Source of the DNA: an uncultured Acidobacteriota bacterium
Lineage (GTDB): Bacteria; Actinomycetota; Acidimicrobiia; Spongiisociales; ZC4RG35
Length of the DNA: 64,000 nucleotides
NCBI GenBank assembly: GCA_963778755.1
Contig: CAVZVJ010000002.1
Coordinates: forward strand, 118,956-182,955
Reading direction: 5' to 3'
Made by a program: the position numbers and the translations under genes. Below, piece after piece: positions 28,287 through 37,500 of the stretch (the stretch's first letter is position 1; each line of letters opens with the position of its first letter). The notes beneath the pieces were generated by a model. The model saw nothing but the letters and a program-made list of their open reading frames with translations, did no database searches and was not told where the DNA came from.

Positions 28287-29315
28287 ATGAGGTTGCATAC
28301 CGCGGATGAAGCTCGATACCAACAGATGACCTACGCCCGTTGTGGGCGAAGTGGTCTCGATCTCCCCAAGATCTCGCTCGGGCTTTGGCACAACTTCGGT
28401 GGTGATTCGATCTCCGACGATGCCCGTGAAATGCTTCTCCAAGCGTTCGACCACGGCATCACCCACTTCGATCTCGCCAACAACTACGGACCGCCGGCCG
28501 GCTCCGCCGAGGCCAATTTCGGCTCAGTCATGGCGGCCGACCTCGCCCCCTACCGCGACGAACTGGTGATCTCCACCAAGGCGGGCTACTTGATGTGGGA
28601 CGGTCCGTATGGGGAGTGGGGCTCTCGCAAATACCTGACTGCCAGCCTGGATCAGAGTCTGCGGCGCATGGGTCTCGACTACGTGGACATTTTCTACTCG
28701 CACCGCTTCGACCCTTCGACGCCTCTCGAGGAGACGCTCGGAGCCCTCGCCAGTGCGGTCCATGCGGGCAAGGCCCTGTACGCCGGGATCTCGTCCTATA
28801 GCCCGGCCAAGACCTGGGAGGCGGCGACCATCCTCCGTGACATGGACACCCCCTGTCTTATTCACCAGCCGTCCTACTCGATGCTCAACCGTTGGATCGA
28901 AGACGGTCTTCTCGACGTCCTTGGTGAGGAAGGAATCGGGTGCATCGTCTTCTCACCGCTGGCGCAGGGTCTGCTCAGCGACAAGTACCTCAATGGCGTG
29001 CCGGAGAACTCGCGGGCGACGATCGGGGATTCGTTCGACCAGAGGATGCTCAGTGAGGACAACCTGGCTCGGGTGCAGGGCTTGCACCAGATCGCTCGAG
29101 ACCGGGGTCAGACCCTGGCCCAGATGGCGGTGGCCTGGGTGCTGCGCGACCCGCGGGTGACGTCGGCACTGGTCGGGGCCAGGAACTGGTCGCAGATCGA
29201 GGATCTGCTTGGCGCACTCGACAATCTGCATTTCACCGATGAGGAGTTGGCCGATATCGATCGCTATGCGGTCGACGGATCTCTCAACATCTGGGCCTCC
29301 TCCAGCGAGACGTGA
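28287..29315 (+). CDS. Aldo/keto reductase, Tas/YghZ-like (L-glyceraldehyde-3-phosphate reductase family)
   Basis: The N-terminus ADEARYQQMTYARCGRSGLDLPKISLGLWHNFGG aligns with E. coli YghZ (PDENRYHTMEYRRCGRSGVKLPAISLGLWHNFGD). Confidence 0.9.
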   Translation: MRLHTADEARYQQMTYARCGRSGLDLPKISLGLWHNFGGDSISDDAREMLLQAFDHGITHFDLANNYGPPAGSAEANFGSVMAADLAPYRDELVISTKAGYLMWDGPYGEWGSRKYLTASLDQSLRRMGLDYVDIFYSHRFDPSTPLEETLGALASAVHAGKALYAGISSYSPAKTWEAATILRDMDTPCLIHQPSYSMLNRWIEDGLLDVLGEEGIGCIVFSPLAQGLLSDKYLNGVPENSRATIGDSFDQRMLSEDNLARVQGLHQIARDRGQTLAQMAVAWVLRDPRVTSALVGARNWSQIEDLLGALDNLHFTDEELADIDRYAVDGSLNIWASSSET

Positions 29316-29343
29316 ACAGGGACACCGCGTATAGGGTCGTCCA

Positions 29344-29853
29344 ATGGCCCCTTCAACCGAGCACATAGTCATCATCGGTCCTATGGCTGCGGGAAAGACC
29401 ACTGTCGGGAAGGGAATTGCGGAAAGCCTTGGTTTGGGCTTCTTCGACTCCGATGACCAGATCCGAGCTTTGACCGGCCGCGATGGCGCCCGAATCGCGG
29501 ACACAGATGGGGTCGATGCACTGCATCGATTGGAGCTTCAAGTCTTCTGGGATGCCTTCAATTCGGAGTACCCCGTCGTGATCGCCGCGGCCGCCAGCGT
29601 GATCGAGGACCCGATGGTCAGAGACGCTCTCCAAAACGCCCGCTGCGTGTGGGTCGATGCGGAGGACAAGACTCTGCGACTTCGCCGATCGTCGGCCACG
29701 CACCGCCGTGAGGTCACCGATGAGGAGGCGCGAAGGCTGGCGAAGCGGGATCCGCTGTTTGCGAGGTGCGCTGACCTGAGAGTCGACACTGGTTCGATGA
29801 CCGAGCCTGATGCCGTCGCAACGGTGCTCGAGGGGATCGCGGCGACGGGCTGA
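29344..29853 (+). CDS. Shikimate-kinase-family P-loop kinase
   Basis: IVIIGPMAAGKTTVGKGIAESLGLGFFDSDDQIRALTG parallels AroK ([38 protein letters not shown]). Confidence 0.7.
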   Translation: MAPSTEHIVIIGPMAAGKTTVGKGIAESLGLGFFDSDDQIRALTGRDGARIADTDGVDALHRLELQVFWDAFNSEYPVVIAAAASVIEDPMVRDALQNARCVWVDAEDKTLRLRRSSATHRREVTDEEARRLAKRDPLFARCADLRVDTGSMTEPDAVATVLEGIAATG

Positions 29854-29854
29854 C

Positions 29855-31099
29855 ATGACAGAGACCCTCGGCTCCGATCCGTTCCTGCTCGGAGTCAACT
29901 ACTGGCCCCGACGCAAGGCGATGTATTGGTGGTCCGACTTCGACGCCGCCGAGGTTGCCGACGAGTTTGATGTCATCGCCTCGGTCGGGATGAGCGTGGT
30001 CCGTCTCTTCTTGCTCTGGGACGATTGGCAGCCGGAGCCCGATGTGGTGTCACGCGAGTGCCTGGAAGACTTCGGCACCGTTTGTGACATCGCGGCCGAA
30101 CGAGGGCTTGGCCTGGATGTGACGTTCTTCACCGGCCATATGAGCGGGCCGAATTGGTCACCTAGTTGGCTGCTCGACCCCGGCTCCGTCGCCCACGCTT
30201 CGCCACACGTTCGGCAGGTGGTCAGCGGGGGAAAGATCGTCAACAGCGCCTACCGGAACATGTTTCACGACCCGGTTGCCCTCGATGCGGAGCGCCTCCT
30301 TTTGAGAACAGTCGTCGAGGCCCACCGGGGCCATGAGGCCATTTGGATGTGGAACCTGGGCAACGAGCCCGACCTATTTGCGCATCCCCACAATGCCGCG
30401 GCCGGCCGGAATTGGGTTCGAGAGATGACGGACCTGGTTCACGACCTCGATCCTGATCATCCCGTGACCACCGGGCTGCACACAGCCAACCTCTTTGTCG
30501 ACAACGGACTGCGAGTCGATCAGGTCTTCGCCGAGAGCGATGTCGCGGTGATGCATGGCTACCCCATGTATGTCGATTGGGCACGCGATCCCTTGGACCC
30601 TGACTTCGTGCCTTATCTGTGCGCTCTGGTCACTGCCCTCAGCGGAAAGCCGTGCCTCGCCGAGGAGTGGGGAGGCTGCACATCCCCGGACTCGGAGGAA
30701 TCGGTGATTTGGGAATGGACTGCCTATGGGTCGCCCCGGAGTCAGTTCATGGCCGGGGAGAAGGTCTTCGCCGACTACGTGGGCGAGGTCCTCCCTCGCC
30801 TCGTAGACGTGGGCTCGACCGGTTCGTTCATGTGGTGCTTCGCCGATTATGTCGAGGACCTCTGGGATCGCCCGCCATGTGATCCGGCGGGCGCCAAGCA
30901 CGAGCGTCATTTTGGGCTGGTGAGACCAGACGGGAGTCTGAAACCCCATGCCGAGGTGATTCGACGCTTTGCGGAGACCAGGCCCCTGGTGTCCAAGCCG
31001 GCGAGAACCCTCGATCTGGACATCACACCAGATGAGTACTACCGGGACCCGGCCATGCACGCCCAAAGGCTCTATGGGATTTATCTAGGCGAGGCTTAG
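29855..31099 (+). CDS. Glycoside hydrolase, GH5-like (TIM-barrel cellulase/mannanase superfamily)
   Basis: Has GVNYWPR and WNLGNEPD (acid/base NEP motif), plus a later LAEEWGG candidate nucleophile. The start is taken at ATG 29855, immediately after the kinase stop. Confidence 0.65.
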   Translation: MTETLGSDPFLLGVNYWPRRKAMYWWSDFDAAEVADEFDVIASVGMSVVRLFLLWDDWQPEPDVVSRECLEDFGTVCDIAAERGLGLDVTFFTGHMSGPNWSPSWLLDPGSVAHASPHVRQVVSGGKIVNSAYRNMFHDPVALDAERLLLRTVVEAHRGHEAIWMWNLGNEPDLFAHPHNAAAGRNWVREMTDLVHDLDPDHPVTTGLHTANLFVDNGLRVDQVFAESDVAVMHGYPMYVDWARDPLDPDFVPYLCALVTALSGKPCLAEEWGGCTSPDSEESVIWEWTAYGSPRSQFMAGEKVFADYVGEVLPRLVDVGSTGSFMWCFADYVEDLWDRPPCDPAGAKHERHFGLVRPDGSLKPHAEVIRRFAETRPLVSKPARTLDLDITPDEYYRDPAMHAQRLYGIYLGEA

Positions 31100-31137
31100 G
31101 CAATAGCCTCCGGGGGCAGCCACGAGAACGAGGGCAG

Positions 31138-32517
31138 ATGACCAACGCATCGGACTTTCCACGCGACTTCCTTTGGGGTGTTGCCACCGCTGCATATCAG
31201 ATCGAAGGAGCCGTGGTCGAAGACGGGCGCGCTCCGTCGATTTGGGACACTTTCAGCCACACTCCCGGTCGTACCCACAACGGTGACACTGGCGACCTGG
31301 CGGTCGACCATTACCACCGGTTCGCGGACGACGTGGCGCTCATGGCAGAACTCGGGATCGGTGCATACCGCTTCTCGATCGCCTGGTCCCGGATCCTCCC
31401 TCAGGGCACCGGCAGCCTCAACGAGGCCGGTGTCGACTTCTACCGGCGCTTGTGTGAGGAGCTGACCGGGGCTGGGATCACACCGATGGTGACCCTCTAC
31501 CACTGGGATCTGCCCCAGGCGCTTCAAGACCGTGGCGGATGGCTGAACCGGGAGTCCGTCGACTGGTTTGCGGAGTACGCGACCGTCGCGAAGGAGGGCC
31601 TCGGGGATCTCATCGCCATGTGGGCGACGCTGAACGAGCCCTGGTGCTCGGCCTTCCTCGGCCACAGCTCCGGCGAGCATGCGCCTGGAATCCGCGAGCC
31701 CGGACAGTCGTTCGTAGCGGCCCATCATTTGATGCTTGCCCACCATGCAGGGATACGCGCCATGCGGGCAACCAACCGCCACGACCACGACCAACTGGGG
31801 ATCGTGCTCAATTTGATACCGGCCTGGCCGGTTTCAGACTCCCCGGAGGACGAGCTTGCTGCAGCCTCGGTGGATGCGACAAGCAATCGGCTGTTCACCG
31901 GGGCGGTGTTCGACGGTCGATATCCCGAGGAGATACTCGGGTATATCGACCGTTATCGGGTGAATGACCAGATCGACACCGAGGAGCTGGCCCGAGCCGT
32001 GGAGCCGATCGATTTCCTGGGGGTCAACTACTACAACGTCAACCATGTCGAGCACGTTGCCGGGGAGCCAGCCCCTGGCGCCTGGCCGGGATCCTGGGAG
32101 GCGAGAGTCGCCCGGCCGCCTGGCGTTCTCACCGAGATGGGCTGGGGTGTCGAGCCCGAAGGCTTGCTCTGGATGTTGGAGCGTGTTGGTCGGGAGCATC
32201 CGGAAATCCCGCTCTACATCTGTGAGAACGGGGCCGCCTATCCCGACGTGGTGCTGGCCGACGGGTCGGTCGTTGACCCGGAGCGGATCGCCTACCTCGA
32301 GGGACACATCGAAACTGTCCACTCCGCTTTGCAGCGGGGGGTGGATGTCAGGGGGTACTTCGTCTGGTCGCTGCTCGACAATTTCGAATGGTCGCTTGGC
32401 TATGACAAGCGGTTTGGCATCGTTCGGGTCGATTTGGAGACCATGGAACGGACCATCAAGGCCAGCGGCCATTGGTATCGCGACTTCATTTCCGGCCAAA
32501 TATCTATCCGCAAATGA
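31138..32517 (+). CDS. GH1 beta-glucosidase
   Basis: FLWGVATAAYQIEGA, TLYHWDLPQ, LNEP (acid/base) and ITENGAAY (nucleophile ENG) are the GH1 signature blocks. Confidence 0.9.
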   Translation: MTNASDFPRDFLWGVATAAYQIEGAVVEDGRAPSIWDTFSHTPGRTHNGDTGDLAVDHYHRFADDVALMAELGIGAYRFSIAWSRILPQGTGSLNEAGVDFYRRLCEELTGAGITPMVTLYHWDLPQALQDRGGWLNRESVDWFAEYATVAKEGLGDLIAMWATLNEPWCSAFLGHSSGEHAPGIREPGQSFVAAHHLMLAHHAGIRAMRATNRHDHDQLGIVLNLIPAWPVSDSPEDELAAASVDATSNRLFTGAVFDGRYPEEILGYIDRYRVNDQIDTEELARAVEPIDFLGVNYYNVNHVEHVAGEPAPGAWPGSWEARVARPPGVLTEMGWGVEPEGLLWMLERVGREHPEIPLYICENGAAYPDVVLADGSVVDPERIAYLEGHIETVHSALQRGVDVRGYFVWSLLDNFEWSLGYDKRFGIVRVDLETMERTIKASGHWYRDFISGQISIRK

Positions 32518-32562
32518 CCCACTTCGTGGTGACGTTTTCCGATCGGATAGTGTCTAACTGAC

Positions 32563-33270
32563 ATGACCACCGAGACCATCGTTTGGAAGGGCCGTTGCGG
32601 CCCATTTGACCTGCAAGTGGCACCGGATACCTTCCGCCCCTCGACGATTTCGACGCTTCTCGCTGACTCGATGGTGATCGAACCGGGCTCGGTGGTGATC
32701 GACGCCGGATGCGGTTCGGGTGTTCTCTCGATCGTCGCCGCCAAGCTCGGGGCGAAGATGGTCTACGGAGTCGACGCGGCCGCCGAAACGGTGGAGATTG
32801 CGACCGCAAACGCCGAGGCACAGGGCGTGAGTGACCGCACAGCTTTCTACGAAGGCGACATGTTTGGCCCCATCCCTGAGGGCGTGGAAGCCGATGTGGT
32901 GATCGGGGACGTTTCCGGCATCCCTGACGAATTCGCAAAGGTGTCCGGCTGGTTTCCCTCGGGGCTCTCAGGGGGACCAAGCGGCGCCGAGCTCCCGATG
33001 AGGATGCTCGACGAGGCGAAGCGCATTCTCCGCCGCGGCGGAAAACTGCTGCTCCCCACGGGGACCCTGCAGGACGAAAACTCGATCCTCGACAAGGCGA
33101 GATCGTTGTTCGGGTCGATCCGCCAACTCTCCGAGCGCAGCATCCCCCTTCCCTCGTCACTGGCCGAGCAGCCGGCGGTATTGGGTCTCTTGCGGGCGAA
33201 AGTCATCCAGTTGACCGAGCGGGGGAGTCGTCTGCTCTGGACGGTGAGGGTGTGGGAGGTCTCCGGCTGA
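32563..33270 (+). CDS. Class I SAM-dependent methyltransferase (MTS/HemK-like small methyltransferase domain)
   Basis: VIDAGCGSGVLSIVAAK is methyltransferase motif I. 235 aa. The hexamer TAGTGT lies about 10 nt upstream of the ATG (gatagtgtctaactgacATG). Confidence 0.7.
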   Translation: MTTETIVWKGRCGPFDLQVAPDTFRPSTISTLLADSMVIEPGSVVIDAGCGSGVLSIVAAKLGAKMVYGVDAAAETVEIATANAEAQGVSDRTAFYEGDMFGPIPEGVEADVVIGDVSGIPDEFAKVSGWFPSGLSGGPSGAELPMRMLDEAKRILRRGGKLLLPTGTLQDENSILDKARSLFGSIRQLSERSIPLPSSLAEQPAVLGLLRAKVIQLTERGSRLLWTVRVWEVSG

Positions 33271-33274
33271 GGAA

Positions 33275-33330
33275 GGTCTCAGGTCCCAAGTCTCAGGTCT
33301 CAAGCCAGAATCTCCGCGCCTCGTAACCTG
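33275..33330. repeat. Heptanucleotide tandem-repeat array (GTCTCAG GTCCCAA GTCTCAG GTCTCAA GCCAGAA) with a flanking inverted repeat GGTCTCAGGT/ACCTGAGAC
   Basis: Read directly from the sequence, between the methyltransferase stop (33270) and the aminotransferase ATG (33337). A related array occurs at about 45115. Confidence 0.5.
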
Positions 33331-33336
33331 AGACAT

Positions 33337-34494
33337 ATGGTTTCCGACCGCCTTGCGCCGTTCGGGGTCACCGTTTTCAGCGAGATGACCGCTCTCGCCG
33401 AGGAGTACGGGGCGATCAATCTCGGCCAGGGCTTTCCCAATTGGGATGGTGCAAGATTCGTCAAGGAAGCCGCGGCAAGGTCGATGGCCGAAGGAGGACA
33501 CGACCAATACCCGCCGAGCCCGGGAATCCCCGAGTTGCGCTCCGCAATCGCCGATCGATATGGGCCACTTCTGGGGCGAGGGCTCGATCCCGGCACCGAG
33601 ATAACTGTCACCTGCGGGTGCACCGAGGCCCTCACCGCCGCCTTTCTGGGTCTGATCAATCCGGGGGACGAGGTGATCCTGATCGAGCCCTTCTATGACT
33701 CTTATCCGGTGCATGTGGCAATAACCGGTGCGGTGCCCAAATACGTCACTTTGCGCCCGCCGCACTTTGCCCTCGACCTAGGAGAGCTCGAGTCGGCCTT
33801 CTCATCCAGGACCAAAGCCATCGTGCTCAACAATCCACACAATCCAACGGGTCACGTGTTCAGCATCGATGAGCTAAGTGCCATCGCATCCCTGTGCCGG
33901 GAGCATGATGCGTTTGCGATCTCCGACGAGGTCTACGAGGAGATGGTCTATGGGGTTCCCCATATCCGGTTGGCAGGTCTCCCCGGGATGTGGGAGCGGA
34001 CTCTCACCCTGTCTTCTCTGGGAAAGACGTTCTCACTCACCGGATGGAAAGTTGGTTGGGGCATTGGCCCGCAGAACCTGACGGCCGGGCTGCGGGCGGC
34101 CCATCAATTCATGACCTTCACCACCCCGACACCGGTCCAGCACGGAGCCGTTGCAGCACTGGGTGCACCCGATTCACTCTTCGAAGAGCTCCGCTCCAGC
34201 TATTTGGCCAAGCGGGACCTTCTCCGAGCGGGCCTGGACCAGGCCGGTTTCGAGGTCTATATGCCCCAAGGCACGTATTTCATGATGGCCGGCCATTCCC
34301 GATTCGGGTTCGCCGACGATCGGGCCTTTTGCCGTCATCTCGCGGAGACTGCCCGGGTGGTGGCGATTCCACCGGGAGTGTTCTATCACCGGCCCGAGGA
34401 TGGGGCCTCGCTGGTCAGATTCGCATTTTGCAAGGACGAGGCGACGTTGAGTGAAGCTTTGTCACGCCTGGCTGTACTAAGTACCAAGTACTGA
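33337..34494 (+). CDS. PLP-dependent aminotransferase, class I (KAT/YbdL/DapC-like)
   Basis: Has NLGQGFPNWDG (the fold-type I KAT-type N-terminus) and SLGKTFSLTGWKVGW (the PLP-lysine region). 385 aa. Confidence 0.85.
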   Translation: MVSDRLAPFGVTVFSEMTALAEEYGAINLGQGFPNWDGARFVKEAAARSMAEGGHDQYPPSPGIPELRSAIADRYGPLLGRGLDPGTEITVTCGCTEALTAAFLGLINPGDEVILIEPFYDSYPVHVAITGAVPKYVTLRPPHFALDLGELESAFSSRTKAIVLNNPHNPTGHVFSIDELSAIASLCREHDAFAISDEVYEEMVYGVPHIRLAGLPGMWERTLTLSSLGKTFSLTGWKVGWGIGPQNLTAGLRAAHQFMTFTTPTPVQHGAVAALGAPDSLFEELRSSYLAKRDLLRAGLDQAGFEVYMPQGTYFMMAGHSRFGFADDRAFCRHLAETARVVAIPPGVFYHRPEDGASLVRFAFCKDEATLSEALSRLAVLSTKY

Positions 34495-34502
34495 GTACAA
34501 CA

Positions 34503-34546
34503 GGAATTGTTCTGGCTTCGCCAGAGAGATTCCTGTTTAAACTTCA
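34503..34546 (+). terminator. Probable intrinsic terminator (nested hairpin followed by a T-rich tract)
   Basis: ACAGGAAT-TG-TTCTGGC-TTC-GCCAGAG-AG-ATTCCTGT, followed by TTAAACTT. It lies 9 nt after the aminotransferase stop. Confidence 0.5.
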
Positions 34547-34570
34547 TCGCTCCCCCAATTCGAGGGAGCA

Positions 34571-37500
34571 ATGACGGCACCTTTCTTTGATCAAGGCCCT
34601 CCGCGTGACGCTTGTGGCGTTGGGTTCATCGCCGCCCTCGATCGCCTTCCCTCCTACCGAATGACACGTCTGGCCGTGGAATGCCTGGAACGGCTGGACC
34701 ACCGTGGGGCGCGAGCGGCGGACGGAACCGGCGACGGCGCCGGTCTCCTCACCCAGATTCCGCTTCGTCTCATCAGCCGGGAGCTCAGTGCCCACGGACT
34801 CGAGGTTTCCCCGGAGCGTCTCGGCGTGGTGATGTGCTTTCTCTCTCCTACCGATGCCCCAGCGTCCCGCTCCGTGGTCACCCAGGCAATCGAGTCTGAA
34901 GGGATGCGAGTCCTGTTTTGGAGATCTGTGCCCTTCGATCCTTCGATGCTCGGCGCCCACGCCCGAAATGTGCTTCCCCTCATCGAGCAGGCGATCGTCA
35001 CCGGCCCGGAGGCCGGACCCGCGTTCGAACGCAGCCTGTACCTGGCCCGAAAGAGAATCGAACGCACAGCGACTTCGGGGCTGTCGATCCCCTCGGCCTC
35101 GAGCCGAACCGTGATTTACAAGGGGCTGTTCACGGCCTCGCACATCTCGGACTTCTATTGGGACCTGAGAGATCCCGACTACGAGACGGCATTCGCCATC
35201 TTCCATCAGCGGTACTCGACCAACACCTTCCCCTCCTGGGACAACGCACAACCGTTCCGTGCTTTGGCCCACAACGGGGAGATCAACACCATCCAATCGA
35301 ACCGTTCCTGGATGGTGGCCAGGGAGAAGGCTGCTACTCCAGGGGTGTGGGGGGAGCGACTGCCTGACGTTTTCCCGTTCCTTCAGCCCAACATCTCGGA
35401 CTCTGGCAGCCTGGACAACGTCTTCGAGCTGTTGATGCAAAGTGGGCGGTCGCTGACTCACGTCAAGGAGATGCTGATGCCGGCGGCGTGGGAGAACGTG
35501 CCCGATCTCGACCCCGATCTGGCCGCTTTCTATGCGTATCACGCCTTCCTCACCGAGCCCTGGGATGGCCCGGCCGCGATTGCAGCCACCGACGGCTCCT
35601 CACTGCTCGTGGGAATGGACCGCAACGGTTTGCGCCCGGCTCGTTGGACGGTCACCCCCGAGGTGGTGCTGGTGGCTTCCGAGGCCGGGGTATGCCCCGA
35701 AGAAGAAGCTCTTGCGATTGCCACCGGACAGCTCGGGCCTGGCGAGCTGATTGTGTTCGACGGTGAGACCGGTGAGGTTCTGCACTCTGACCAGGTCAAG
35801 GCTGCCCTGGCTTCGTCCCGGCCATATGGCGACTGGGTGAGCACCGAGACGCTGCGTATCCAGGCCTCATTCGACAATCTGGCCGACGACCGATTCGACG
35901 CCGCAGCGCTCAGCCGGGTGTTCGGTTACACCGCCGAGGAGCGGCGGCTGATCATCGCCGACATGGCGCGAGGGGACAACCCTCTCGGCTCCATGGGGGA
36001 CGACACGGGTCTCGCGGTCCTATCGAGCAGGCCGCGACGTCTCACCCAGTTCTTCCACGAGATGTTCGCCCAGGTCACCAATCCTCCGATGGACCCGATC
36101 CGGGAGAAGCTGGTGATGTCGCTTCGGATCCAGCTCGGGCGCCGAGGACCACTGCTCGAGGACACTCCTCAACAGGCGCATCTCATCGAGTTGGCGAGCC
36201 CGATCCTGTCCGACGCCGAGCTGGAGTCGATAGTGCGCTCCGGCGACCCTCGGTTTTTCTCGCACTGGATCGCGACCACCTGGTCGGTGTCGGCGGGGCC
36301 GGAAGGAATGGAGGCTCGTCTCGACGAGATCTGCGAGGAGGCTGCGCAGGCGGTGAAGCTGGGGGCCACGATCCTGGTCCTCTCCGACCGGGAGACGGAC
36401 GCCAACCGGGCACCGATCCCCATGCTTCTCGCGTTAGGCGCAGTGCATCACCACCTGATTGACGAGGGCGTGCGCGGCTCAGTTTCCCTAGTTGTGGTCT
36501 CCGGTGAGCCACGCGACCCGCACGACCTGGCCTGCCTCGTCGGCTTCGGAGCCTCCGCCGTCAACCCTTATCTGGCAATCGAGCACGCTCGAGACCTCGC
36601 AGCCTCTGGAGCCATCGATGTCGATCCGGTGCCGGCCCAGGAGAACTACCGCCTGGCGATGGAGGGCGGTCTGCTCAAGATCATGTCAAAGATGGGGATC
36701 TGCACGCTTTCCGCTTACCGCGGCTCGGAACTGTTCGAAGTGATCGGTCTTTCCGAGGGTGTGTGTCGCAAGGCGTTCCGCAATGCACCCCGCCGGCTCC
36801 GTGGAATTGGGCTGCAGGAACTGGCTCGACAGGCCCTGCAGCGCCACGAGGCGTATTCAAGCGGGGTCACCGAATCCGGTGGTTTCTACAAGCACCGTCG
36901 CGGCGCCGACACTCATGTCACCAGCCCGATGGTTGTCCTTGCGGTTCAGAAGGCGGTTCGCTCAGGTGATCAGGAGGACTGGGACCGCTACATCGAGATG
37001 ATCTCGGACCGGGAACCGGCCTTGGTTCGTGACCTCCTGACATTTGTCCAAAGGGACCCGGTCCCGCTCGATGAGGTGGAGCCGGTGGAGCAGATCATGC
37101 GCCGTTTCACCACGGCCGCTATGTCCCTTGGTGCCTTGTCCTCCGAAGCCCATGTCGCCCTGGCAGAGGCGATGAACCTGATCGGTGGGCACTCCAACTC
37201 GGGCGAGGGTGGTGAGGATCCGGTTCGATTCGGCACACCCAAGAACTCGGCGATCAAGCAGGTGGCGTCGGGGCGGTTCGGAGTGACCCCTGCCTACCTC
37301 GACTCCGCTGATGAGCTTCAGATCAAGATGGCGCAAGGCTCCAAGCCCGGGGAGGGCGGACAGCTTCCCGGCCACAAAGTCTCGCCCGAGATCGCCCGTC
37401 TCCGTTACACCGAGCCCGGGGTGACCCTGATCTCACCTCCACCTCATCACGACATCTACTCGATAGAGGACCTCGCTCAGTTGATTTACGACCTCAAGGC

